IMG/VR virus record: IMGVR_UViG_3300031232_000001
Reading direction: 5' to 3' (one strand)
DNA: 20,000 nucleotides
Origin: an uncultured virus (IMG/VR IMGVR_UViG_3300031232_000001)
Taxonomy: Duplodnaviria; Heunggongvirae; Uroviricota; Caudoviricetes
Below, in pieces: positions 1 through 7,406 of the stretch. The notes beneath the pieces are model-generated. The model searched no databases, had not been told where the DNA came from, and saw only the letters and a program-made list of their open reading frames with translations. Each line of letters starts with the position of its first letter. Within the stretch, counting starts at the first letter, position 1. A program made the translations under genes and the position numbers.

Positions 1-854
1 TCTTCCTCAAACCAACCACAATCTGCATCCGATGAAATTTTTAATTTCTTATCCGCAATCGAAACGGAAATTAATTCATCGATGGTAAAATCTCGTTTTG
101 CAAATACCGATGCCCTATCAATCATTTCCGAAACAACTGAAGGAAATGTAAGTTTTGAACCTTTACATTGTACATGTGTTGAAACGTCGGGGTATTCATC
201 TTCAAAAATTCGACAGGAAATAACCGTGCCTTCATCTGTTTTAAAATGAATCCATCCTGTGCCTTCTGCTATTCGTGTTGGTTGTAGTTTAATTACATCA
301 ATAACACTACGAACAGGTAAAAGAAAAGATTGTACAGGCATTTCGCTGTCAAGACTGCAAATGGTAACACGGAAACCATCGCTGGAAATTATCTCACCTT
401 CTTGCGTGACATTAACACAAGTAAGAATAGGTTGACTTTGTTCTTTTGAGGAACCACCTACCGCAAATTTCAAATATTTAAGAAAATTAGCGGGGAGTTT
501 TTTAAATTTTCCGACCTCACTTACATCTTCATCCAACGGCAATTTAATTTCAGATTGCAAAGTTAAACCGATTTTTGATTTCCCCGATTGAAGTATAATT
601 TCTTTATCATTTATTGTAACTTCAATTTCGTCGGTTTTCAATTTTGTTAGAATTGAATAAAGTTTTTCTGCCTGTATAGCTCCTTCAAGTTCCAGACCAT
701 CTACGGGATGACTAATACTTATTTCATCATTGTAGGTGATTACACAACCATTAATGAATGCAAATGAGGTAGCCTGTTCAATTAATTCCTTACTAGCTAA
801 ACCTGGTTTAACTATTTCTAAGGCTTTTTGTAGATTTGATTTATTTATCTTCAA
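1..854 (-). CDS. dnaN: DNA polymerase III beta-type sliding clamp (3' end truncated by window edge; not in ORF track)
   Basis: Hand translation from TTG at 854, 1 nt after the upstream TAA: MKINKSNLQKALEIVKPGLASKELIEQATSFAFINGCVITYNDEISISH...SKEQSQPILTCVNV...SSDGFRVT...SCRIFEDEYPDV...CGWFEE, open to position 1. PILTCV, SDGFR and R-x5-YPD are typical beta-clamp motifs. Confidence 0.85.
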   Translation of the reverse strand, partial: MKINKSNLQKALEIVKPGLASKELIEQATSFAFINGCVITYNDEISISHPVDGLELEGAIQAEKLYSILTKLKTDEIEVTINDKEIILQSGKSKIGLTLQSEIKLPLDEDVSEVGKFKKLPANFLKYLKFAVGGSSKEQSQPILTCVNVTQEGEIISSDGFRVTICSLDSEMPVQSFLLPVRSVIDVIKLQPTRIAEGTGWIHFKTDEGTVISCRIFEDEYPDVSTHVQCKGSKLTFPSVVSEMIDRASVFAKRDFTIDELISVSIADKKLKISSDADCGWFEE

Positions 855-855
855 T

Positions 856-1833
856 TTAATAAGTTATTAATTTTTTTGGTTTATTTTGAATAAGGAAATA
901 TGATAGAAGACGTCCTTTAAAATCAACGTCTGGATGATTTGTGTTTATGTTATTCCAAAATTGCTCCTCATAGCCTAAAACATCCCCCGCAAAATAAACC
1001 GTTAAATATTCTGTGCCTTTACTTTCTTTTGTTAAAATGCTCCACGGCCATTGTGGAATTGTAGCTTTCACCTTTTGTAATAACATTAAATAATTCCATG
1101 TTTCCCTGTGCAGTGTTTCAGTGCTTAATTGATCTAATGTCAAATTTAATTCCTTTGCATATCGTTCCAAACAACATAAAACACCTTTTGTACAACGAAA
1201 TTTTAATGCTGTATCTCGGGAACTAACCTGCATTACCTTTAAATCTTTGCTAGTAAATTCAGGCATAAAAATACCTCCGTACATTGCAAGTTTACGACAG
1301 GTAGCAGAATCAACACTGAACCAAGGGTACCGAGTCATTAAAGGAACACTAGTACAAGCAAATCCATGTACCTTTACACGAGGGAATCCTTGATCATCAA
1401 TCAAATTATCCTTGAATAAACGATCCAGCCATGGGAGTAATACTTTTGTGGGGTTTGGAACGAGTCCTCCCAAGGCAATGTATTCATATTTATCCACATA
1501 TCTACGCAACCATTTTTCATCACAACCAAGATGAAACACAGGAATAGGACTGAGCCCTTCCGACTCCATTATCTGTTGATTTTCGTAGGTTAAACGAGGG
1601 TTATTAATTACATCAAGATTGCTGTATACATCAATTTTACTTTTATTTTCATGTAAAAATTTAATGTAATTTGTCCTGTATGTTTTGTATCCCTCTGTAT
1701 TTACATAGTCATAGGTATCATATTTACGTTCCGACATTTTACTTCCCATAATTCCCTTTTTTTCAAGTTTTCTGGAAAGTTTGTTATACAGAGAAGGAGC
1801 TCCGCAATCTACGAATACTGGATAATTTTTCAT
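856..1833 (-). CDS. dpdA: DpdA-like 7-deazaguanine DNA transglycosylase (TGT-fold TIM barrel)
   Basis: TGT/DpdA motifs in order: VFVDCGAPS (cf. DSGAFS), NLDVI, PIPVFH, YIALGGLV, KVHGFA, YPWFSVDSAT (catalytic Asp). Lies in a cluster with folE/queD/queE. Confidence 0.85.
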   Translation of the reverse strand: MKNYPVFVDCGAPSLYNKLSRKLEKKGIMGSKMSERKYDTYDYVNTEGYKTYRTNYIKFLHENKSKIDVYSNLDVINNPRLTYENQQIMESEGLSPIPVFHLGCDEKWLRRYVDKYEYIALGGLVPNPTKVLLPWLDRLFKDNLIDDQGFPRVKVHGFACTSVPLMTRYPWFSVDSATCRKLAMYGGIFMPEFTSKDLKVMQVSSRDTALKFRCTKGVLCCLERYAKELNLTLDQLSTETLHRETWNYLMLLQKVKATIPQWPWSILTKESKGTEYLTVYFAGDVLGYEEQFWNNINTNHPDVDFKGRLLSYFLIQNKPKKLITY

Positions 1834-1838
1834 TAGAT

Positions 1839-2843
1839 TTAAAGTTTTTTCATTTGTTCAATCATCCTCGGAATTGCACGTGCCCCATTCTTTAAAATCC
1901 TGTTTCGAGTTTGTTGCAAATTAAATGCTGGAGGATTAATTTCAAATTGTGCAATTATACGTTTAGCCTCGTCTAATTCATCATATATAAAATCCTGATC
2001 GTACATCTCAGGATAAGATAAACGATTTGGCACAATCGGGATACATCCACAAATAATAGCCTCCTGCATTGCAATTCCCCACGTTTCCTGGCGTGCAAAT
2101 GAAATTGCAAATTTAGATTTACTAAGCAATTCATAATATTCATTTTTCGTTTTGCAAACTTCTTTTGTTTTCAGCCATTTAAAACGTTTCATTTTCGGGT
2201 CCTCTGCAAACTCATCAAACAACACAGGTAATTTTTCATCATCCAAACGATGTGGAAAAACAATAATGTTCTCACGGCAGGGAGGCAAATTATCTTGATC
2301 CCTGAAATCATCATAAATTGGAAACCCCGTAACCATTATTTTATTAGCACTAACATTCCTCTGATGATATAATAAATCCTTGTGAAACTGTGTGGCTACA
2401 AAAATTTTATCAACAATATTTAACATGGAATTTTCAAAGTCTTCCGTCCACTGTCCCATTGTTTTGCTTAAAAAATCGTATTCATCATAGCTTCCAGCAT
2501 GTAGACAACCACATATTTTAAGATTTTTAAGACCTAATCCGTCCCTCATGTATGCAATATTGATTAGCCCAGGGAACCAAAGATCATGAAAAAATAAAAC
2601 AACGGAATCATCTGGTTTCATAGTGGAAATATATGTGAGTATCTTTCCAAGTTGTGAGGTCTTATATAAATTAGTTTCAATCACATCAAGAAAACTTCCA
2701 TGTTTAATTTCATTTATACAAGTATCTCCATATATTGTCTCAAAACAAATATTGGATTTTGCAAATCCTTGTATAAACCATGTGTTCCATTGCCCAGAAT
2801 ATCGTTCCTCAAGAGGTTCAATTGGTATGTTAATTATCTTCAT
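1839..2843 (-). CDS. GT-B (GT4-like) glycosyltransferase, resembling GTDC1/QTMAN
   Basis: C-terminal nucleotide-sugar domain IIVFPHRLDDEK ... QETWGIAMQEAIICGCIPIVPNRLSYPEMY (E-x7-E). N-terminal EERYSGQW, FHDLWFPG and HAGSYD. Confidence 0.85.
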   Translation of the reverse strand: MKIINIPIEPLEERYSGQWNTWFIQGFAKSNICFETIYGDTCINEIKHGSFLDVIETNLYKTSQLGKILTYISTMKPDDSVVLFFHDLWFPGLINIAYMRDGLGLKNLKICGCLHAGSYDEYDFLSKTMGQWTEDFENSMLNIVDKIFVATQFHKDLLYHQRNVSANKIMVTGFPIYDDFRDQDNLPPCRENIIVFPHRLDDEKLPVLFDEFAEDPKMKRFKWLKTKEVCKTKNEYYELLSKSKFAISFARQETWGIAMQEAIICGCIPIVPNRLSYPEMYDQDFIYDELDEAKRIIAQFEINPPAFNLQQTRNRILKNGARAIPRMIEQMKKL

Positions 2844-2988
2844 TTGTTTTTAATTTTTTAGCAAAACCAACATTAATTTTGCTGTGCCTTGATTTCTTCC
2901 TTTTGTGTTTGATTGTTAGAAACCGTTTACCTTTCAAATCTTCTTCCAAACAAACTACATCCGTTTTATGCAGTTTAATTTTAATCAT
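2830..2988 (-). CDS. Small basic hypothetical protein, 52 aa (not in ORF track)
   Basis: MIKIKLHKTDVVCLEEDLKGKRFLTIKHKRKKSRHSKINVGFAKKLKTNEDN. ATGA overlap with the radical SAM stop, 14-nt overlap with the GT start; fills the gap exactly. Confidence 0.55.
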   Translation of the reverse strand: MIKIKLHKTDVVCLEEDLKGKRFLTIKHKRKKSRHSKINVGFAKKLKTNEDN

Positions 2989-4334
2989 CGTATCACCTCC
3001 AATCTTGCAAGTATAGCAAAAGTTAAAATGGTATTAATCGGATTTTTAGTATTTACAAAATGATTTCGTATTGTCCTGCCTTCTACCAAACTTTTAATAT
3101 TAAATGATAGATTATACAGTTTAAGCCAAGGTAATGCATCTGCCATGTTCTCAGGCTGCACGGAATTGATTATACTATCTAAAAAGGAGTTTGGAATGTA
3201 ACTAGGTATTAATCGTATTGGTCTTTCAGTCAGTTTAACTCCGTTTTGTAATGCTTTATTGTAAATCGGTGTCCCGTCGTATACTTGAAAAAATTGACCT
3301 AATCCTCCTTTAGTTCCGTTTGTGCGTAATCTTCCCACAACTTCATTCATTTCAAAGCCGTATTTACACATAAACCGTCCAGTTTCGTTGAGTGTGGAAA
3401 TAGTTTCGCCTATGAAAAACGTTTGAACTAACCAAAATATTTTACAAGGTAGTCTGTCTTGTATTTCTGCAAGGGCTTCACAGTCCGACAATGATTTCCC
3501 CGCTCCCATTCTTACGGAAAGTTCAGGGGAGGCTGATTCAAAACCTATTTCAATTACTTCTAATCCTGATTTTTGTATTGTTTCCGTTCCGTATTTATCA
3601 ATATAATCCTTAACATTTTTAGCCGAACCGAGTGCAATCAGATGCATATCCCTATCTTCTAACGATTGCAAAATCATTTCGGCTCTTTCTATGTCAAAAA
3701 AGAAATCCTCGTCAGTGAAATGGATATAATGTATACCATCATGAATACAATTATCTGTTAAATTTTCAACATCCATTAAATCCAAAACAATTCTTTCCTT
3801 ATTACAATTGATAGTAGATGGGCAAAAAACACAACCATTTGGGCAACCATACGAAGTAAATAAAGGGTAAACTTTTTCACCTTTTTCAAGTGTTTGTAGG
3901 TGCATATCACAGTCGGACAAAAGTAATCTATTGAAACGACCATAATATTCAGGATAGTTTTGTAATGCAAGGGTTAAAAAACTTTTATTCCTCATTAAAT
4001 CCCCGCAACAAGCCTTTTCCGATAATCCTATATGTCTAAAACCGTAGGCTTCAATCAGTGATGTATACCCAACAAAATAAACATTATCCTTACCCTTTTC
4101 AAATGGTAATAATTGTTGAAGTAATATACAGCATTCAATTTGAGGGTAAGACCATAGACAAATCAATTGTATATCGGCATCAGGTGCATTATTTATGTTT
4201 TCAGGAATAAAGCTTTCCATCAATGTTACTTCATGCCCTAATTCTGATAGTCCGATATAACAAAGGTAAGGGGTATAACAAAAACTACCTCTATTAAATT
4301 CCGTGCTGGAAGGATCGATTATGTTTATTTTCAT
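2985..4334 (-). CDS. Radical SAM protein with N-terminal B12-binding-like domain (class B-like)
   Basis: TSYGCPNGCVFC (CxxxCxxC) at about residue 160, FTDEDFF, IEIGFESAS, VYDGTP. The N-terminal ~150 aa (KINIIDP...LSELGHEVTL...VYFVG) have the pattern of cobalamin-binding Rossmann domains. Confidence 0.8.
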   Translation of the reverse strand: MKINIIDPSSTEFNRGSFCYTPYLCYIGLSELGHEVTLMESFIPENINNAPDADIQLICLWSYPQIECCILLQQLLPFEKGKDNVYFVGYTSLIEAYGFRHIGLSEKACCGDLMRNKSFLTLALQNYPEYYGRFNRLLLSDCDMHLQTLEKGEKVYPLFTSYGCPNGCVFCPSTINCNKERIVLDLMDVENLTDNCIHDGIHYIHFTDEDFFFDIERAEMILQSLEDRDMHLIALGSAKNVKDYIDKYGTETIQKSGLEVIEIGFESASPELSVRMGAGKSLSDCEALAEIQDRLPCKIFWLVQTFFIGETISTLNETGRFMCKYGFEMNEVVGRLRTNGTKGGLGQFFQVYDGTPIYNKALQNGVKLTERPIRLIPSYIPNSFLDSIINSVQPENMADALPWLKLYNLSFNIKSLVEGRTIRNHFVNTKNPINTILTFAILARLEVIR

Positions 4335-4654
4335 ACGTAAACCTCCACTCCGTTTTCATTGTCCTCGAATACAGACACAACTTTTGCATTAAAATGATTT
4401 AACAATTCCTCTGCAATTTGTTCACAACTTTTTGAACCAAGAAACAGTCCTTTAAAATTCATTGCAATATACGATTCCACCTGTCGTTTAAATGTAATAA
4501 ATTCAACCTGTCTGTCTCCTTCAACTGCAATACCAACCTCTACATAAAATATATGACGGTGTTGATTTTTTAAATAATGGACATATGAAATATTACACTC
4601 CGGCCAACAGTGAGTAGCCTCAAATGATGTTTTAATAATTATAATTTTTTTCAT
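4331..4654 (-). CDS. dpdL: QueD-like T-fold protein, probable DpdL (CDG decarboxylase)
   Basis: [17 protein letters not shown] (LxxxHRHxF, the DpdL signature as I recall it), [23 protein letters not shown] second T-fold gene besides canonical queD, with ATGA coupling on both sides. Confidence 0.7.
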   Translation of the reverse strand: MKKIIIIKTSFEATHCWPECNISYVHYLKNQHRHIFYVEVGIAVEGDRQVEFITFKRQVESYIAMNFKGLFLGSKSCEQIAEELLNHFNAKVVSVFEDNENGVEVYV

Positions 4655-5199
4655 TTTATACGGCTTAAAAATTCAGATTTAACAGAAAAATCCTCAAGAA
4701 AACTTCCTTTCAAAGACGTTGTTTCCATTATGGAATTTTGTTTATTACAACCTCTCATCAACATACACATGTGTTGAGCCTGTATGAAACATGCTGCCCC
4801 TTTAGGTTGTAAATGCTCCATTATTGCCTCCGTGATTTGTTCGCAAAGTCTTTCCTGAATTTGCAGGCGTCTGGAAAATATATCAACTAAACGTGCAAGT
4901 TTAGAAATCCCGATTACTTTCCCATCTGGTATGTACGCAACATGAGCCTTGCCGAAGAAAGGAAGCATGTGGTGTTCACAGGTGCTGAACAATTCCACAT
5001 CCTTTAGTACAATCATTTGGTTGTATCCGTTTGTCTCAGTAAATGTGGTTAGGCATTCCTTTGGATCTTTATCATATCCTGAGTAAATTTCTTTCCACGA
5101 TTTAATGACCCGGAGAGGGGTATTAATTAACCCCTCTCTATTCGGATCCTCACTAATAAACTTTAATTGATCAATTACAGTTTTATGGATTTCAATCAT
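4651..5199 (-). CDS. folE: GTP cyclohydrolase I
   Basis: [60 protein letters not shown]. Start moved to ATG 5199 (MIEIHK), just after the upstream stop. Confidence 0.96.
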   Translation of the reverse strand: MIEIHKTVIDQLKFISEDPNREGLINTPLRVIKSWKEIYSGYDKDPKECLTTFTETNGYNQMIVLKDVELFSTCEHHMLPFFGKAHVAYIPDGKVIGISKLARLVDIFSRRLQIQERLCEQITEAIMEHLQPKGAACFIQAQHMCMLMRGCNKQNSIMETTSLKGSFLEDFSVKSEFLSRIK

Positions 5200-5200
5200 C

Positions 5201-6043
5201 TTACTTTTTCTTTTTGGCAATGTCCATGTAAATCTGAGCACGTTTTTTAATAAAATCAGGATCAGTAAGTCCTTTTCTGTCCTTATACAGTTTTGCGAAT
5301 GTAGACAAAATGGTTTTTTCAGTTGCTTTTTCTTTTAGAAGTCCATCGGCAATACTTTGGAAACTTTCAAGTTGTCCGTCCTTTGCGATAGGCTTTTTTG
5401 CAGGGGCTGGTGCTTCTTTTTTGTTTGATTTTTTTGCAGGCTTTTCCTCTTCTTCGTCTTCTTCGTCTTCTTCGTCACCTTCAATAGCCACTTTCTTTAC
5501 AGCTTTTTGAGCTTTTTTTGAAGGTGCTGGCTTTGTTTCTTCTTCTTCTTCTTCTTCCTCCTCCTCAACTTCAACCTCTTCCTCGTCTTCTTCCTCAATT
5601 GCTGCCAACATTTCATCCCTTAATTCATCAATGTCCTTAATTTTCAAATCAACATCGGCAAATTTATCGGCATTAGCCTTTGCAATTGCCTTCAATTCCT
5701 TTGTTGTTTCGGCATCTTCGATTTCCTGGGCTAATGTGTTTTCAACCTCTTCATCCTCTTCCTCTTCGTCTTCGGGATCAGGCTCTGGTTCAACAACTTT
5801 CTTTCCTTTTTTACCCTTTGCAGGCTTTTCAGCAGGTACGTTTAATTCATCAATAATTGCCTGCGTGTCCTTGCTGAATTTATCTTCTGGTTCAATGTAT
5901 TGTAAGGCATCTTTAATTTTATCAGTAAGATACTCCTCCGATGCCTTTGCGGGGATTGCAATAGGATCACCTGTTTTTTCGTCTGAAAGACCAATCTGAT
6001 CAATGATTTCCTGAAATGCTTTTTTCAACTTTTTTACGTCCAT
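5201..6043 (-). CDS. Highly acidic low-complexity protein with a Rho-N/HeH-like segment and a C-terminal domain paralogous to 16221..16901
   Basis: Long poly-E/D tracts alternate with K/P/A linkers. [12 protein letters not shown] is a helix-extension-helix-like motif. AAAATC-ATG start directly downstream of a promoter. Confidence 0.8.
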   Translation of the reverse strand: MDVKKLKKAFQEIIDQIGLSDEKTGDPIAIPAKASEEYLTDKIKDALQYIEPEDKFSKDTQAIIDELNVPAEKPAKGKKGKKVVEPEPDPEDEEEEDEEVENTLAQEIEDAETTKELKAIAKANADKFADVDLKIKDIDELRDEMLAAIEEEDEEEVEVEEEEEEEEEETKPAPSKKAQKAVKKVAIEGDEEDEEDEEEEKPAKKSNKKEAPAPAKKPIAKDGQLESFQSIADGLLKEKATEKTILSTFAKLYKDRKGLTDPDFIKKRAQIYMDIAKKKK

Positions 6044-6097
6044 GATTTTAAATTTAAGATTAATAAATAATGATAATTAATAATTGTACTAGGAAGG

Positions 6098-6127
6098 CAA
6101 ATGTAAATTTAATATTTGAGATTTAAA
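6098..6127 (-). promoter_or_regulatory. Bacteroidota-type sigma-A promoter for the acidic protein-folE-dpdL-rSAM-GT-dpdA-clamp run
   Basis: Minus-strand TACATTTG (6105-6098) matches the TAnnTTTG -7 box in an intergenic gap. The -33 box is imperfect (TTTA). Confidence 0.55.
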
Positions 6128-6197
6128 AATATTTTTAAAATTATTTTAAAATTTGTTTTGCAAAATGCATAGAATTAAAATGATGTATTAAAATTAA

Positions 6198-6794
6198 TTA
6201 TTTAAACCCCGCTAATTTATGTAATTGGATAGAAAGTTTCCAGACAGGATTTTGCTTAACAAACTTAATTGCATCACTGATGTTTTGCTGGCTTTCTTCG
6301 TTAAAAGGATTTTGAGCTATGATAATTGGAGAGATATAATAATTATCCGCATCAGGTAATTTCTCTGTATTTAAATCAAAAGGACTCGGAAATAAACAAC
6401 GTACCTCTGATAATTTATATCTTAAATTTGCAATTAAATTAGGATTTAATCGCTCCAATGATTTCGGAGAAACGGCAACGTAATCAATAATAAATGGAAT
6501 TTCATTTGTTCCATTTGTTTCAATACAATTGTAATATTCTGAAAAATTGTTTAAAATATCATCATTCAATTGCAGCGTAGGTTCTCCCCCTGTCCAAACA
6601 ATATTAGGACAATCAAATTGTTTAATTTCTTCTAAGATTTTAAAAACCGACATTTCCTTGCCGTCACCAAATTCTGTATCACAAAATGAACAATTCATAT
6701 TGCACCCCGATAATCGAATGAATATGGCTGGCATTCCAATATTGTACCCCTCACCTTGTAATGAGTAAAATATCTCATTTACTTTTAATGTCAA
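6198..6794 (-). CDS. queE: 7-carboxy-7-deazaguanine synthase (radical SAM)
   Basis: VNEIFYSLQGEG, FIRLSGCNMNCSFCDT, WTGGEPTLQ, IETNGT, VSPK, WKLSIQLHK. Start probably TTG 6794 (alternative ATG 6806). Confidence 0.96.
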   Translation of the reverse strand: MTLKVNEIFYSLQGEGYNIGMPAIFIRLSGCNMNCSFCDTEFGDGKEMSVFKILEEIKQFDCPNIVWTGGEPTLQLNDDILNNFSEYYNCIETNGTNEIPFIIDYVAVSPKSLERLNPNLIANLRYKLSEVRCLFPSPFDLNTEKLPDADNYYISPIIIAQNPFNEESQQNISDAIKFVKQNPVWKLSIQLHKLAGFK

Positions 6795-6795
6795 A

Positions 6796-7182
6796 TTATG
6801 GTTCATATCGGGCAGAAGTTTTATCGGTTTCACTGACTGTTACCGCACTAATTTTAATACCCATTCTGTATAGACTTGGTAATAATTGGTCAAAATACAG
6901 GTAACAAAAATAGGCTAATTTTTCAGCCGTTGGTTGAATTGTTTCACCATAAAAAAGAACATAATTTAAATTTTTATGGTCTAATGTTTCATCAATCCAT
7001 TTTTTAATTGGCTGCAGTTCTCTGTAATCGAAAACCATTCCAACACTATTTAGATCCTCAGATTTTAATTCCACTGTTACCACATAATTATGGCCGTGGA
7101 AATTACTACAAGGATGATCCACAGGCAGACCTTCTAGTCTGTGTCCTGCTGAAAAATTGAATTTTTTACTGATTGTATACAT
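6796..7182 (-). CDS. queD: 6-carboxy-5,6,7,8-tetrahydropterin synthase
   Basis: KFNFSAGHRL, CSNFHGHNY, GMVFDY, LDHKNLN, PTAEKLA, VSET. Confidence 0.95.
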   Translation of the reverse strand: MYTISKKFNFSAGHRLEGLPVDHPCSNFHGHNYVVTVELKSEDLNSVGMVFDYRELQPIKKWIDETLDHKNLNYVLFYGETIQPTAEKLAYFCYLYFDQLLPSLYRMGIKISAVTVSETDKTSARYEP

Positions 7183-7208
7183 ACTTTAATTTATTTGGTT
7201 AATAAAAA

Positions 7209-7394
7209 TTATTTATAGCCTTTATTTAAACGATCTTGAAAAACAATATATGACCATGCATCCGATATGTGATCATATGCGGAAATTATTCGATCACATT
7301 CCTCATATGTTCCACTATCCTTATTTAAAAGCAAATCAGAAAATGAAAAATAATGAAACACAAATGCCTTTTGCTTACCTGTTAAATTTTTCAT
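7209..7394 (-). CDS. Hypothetical protein, 61 aa
   Basis: Fills the gap between helicase and queD in the operon direction, with an A-rich start context. Confidence 0.6.
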   Translation of the reverse strand: MKNLTGKQKAFVFHYFSFSDLLLNKDSGTYEECDRIISAYDHISDAWSYIVFQDRLNKGYK

Positions 7395-7406
7395 AATAAA
7401 AAGTTT

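Noticed and set aside
5310..5999. Plus-strand Ser/Phe-rich ORFs (5310..5510, 5631..5999)
   Set aside because: Antisense shadows of the Glu/Lys-rich gene 5201..6043; the poly-Ser is the mirror of GAA repeats.
856..7182. Interpretation as a host-type queuosine tRNA pathway (auxiliary metabolic genes)
   Set aside because: No queC, queF, queA or canonical Zn-binding tgt in the window. The TGT-like protein is DpdA-like and the context is phage DNA replication.
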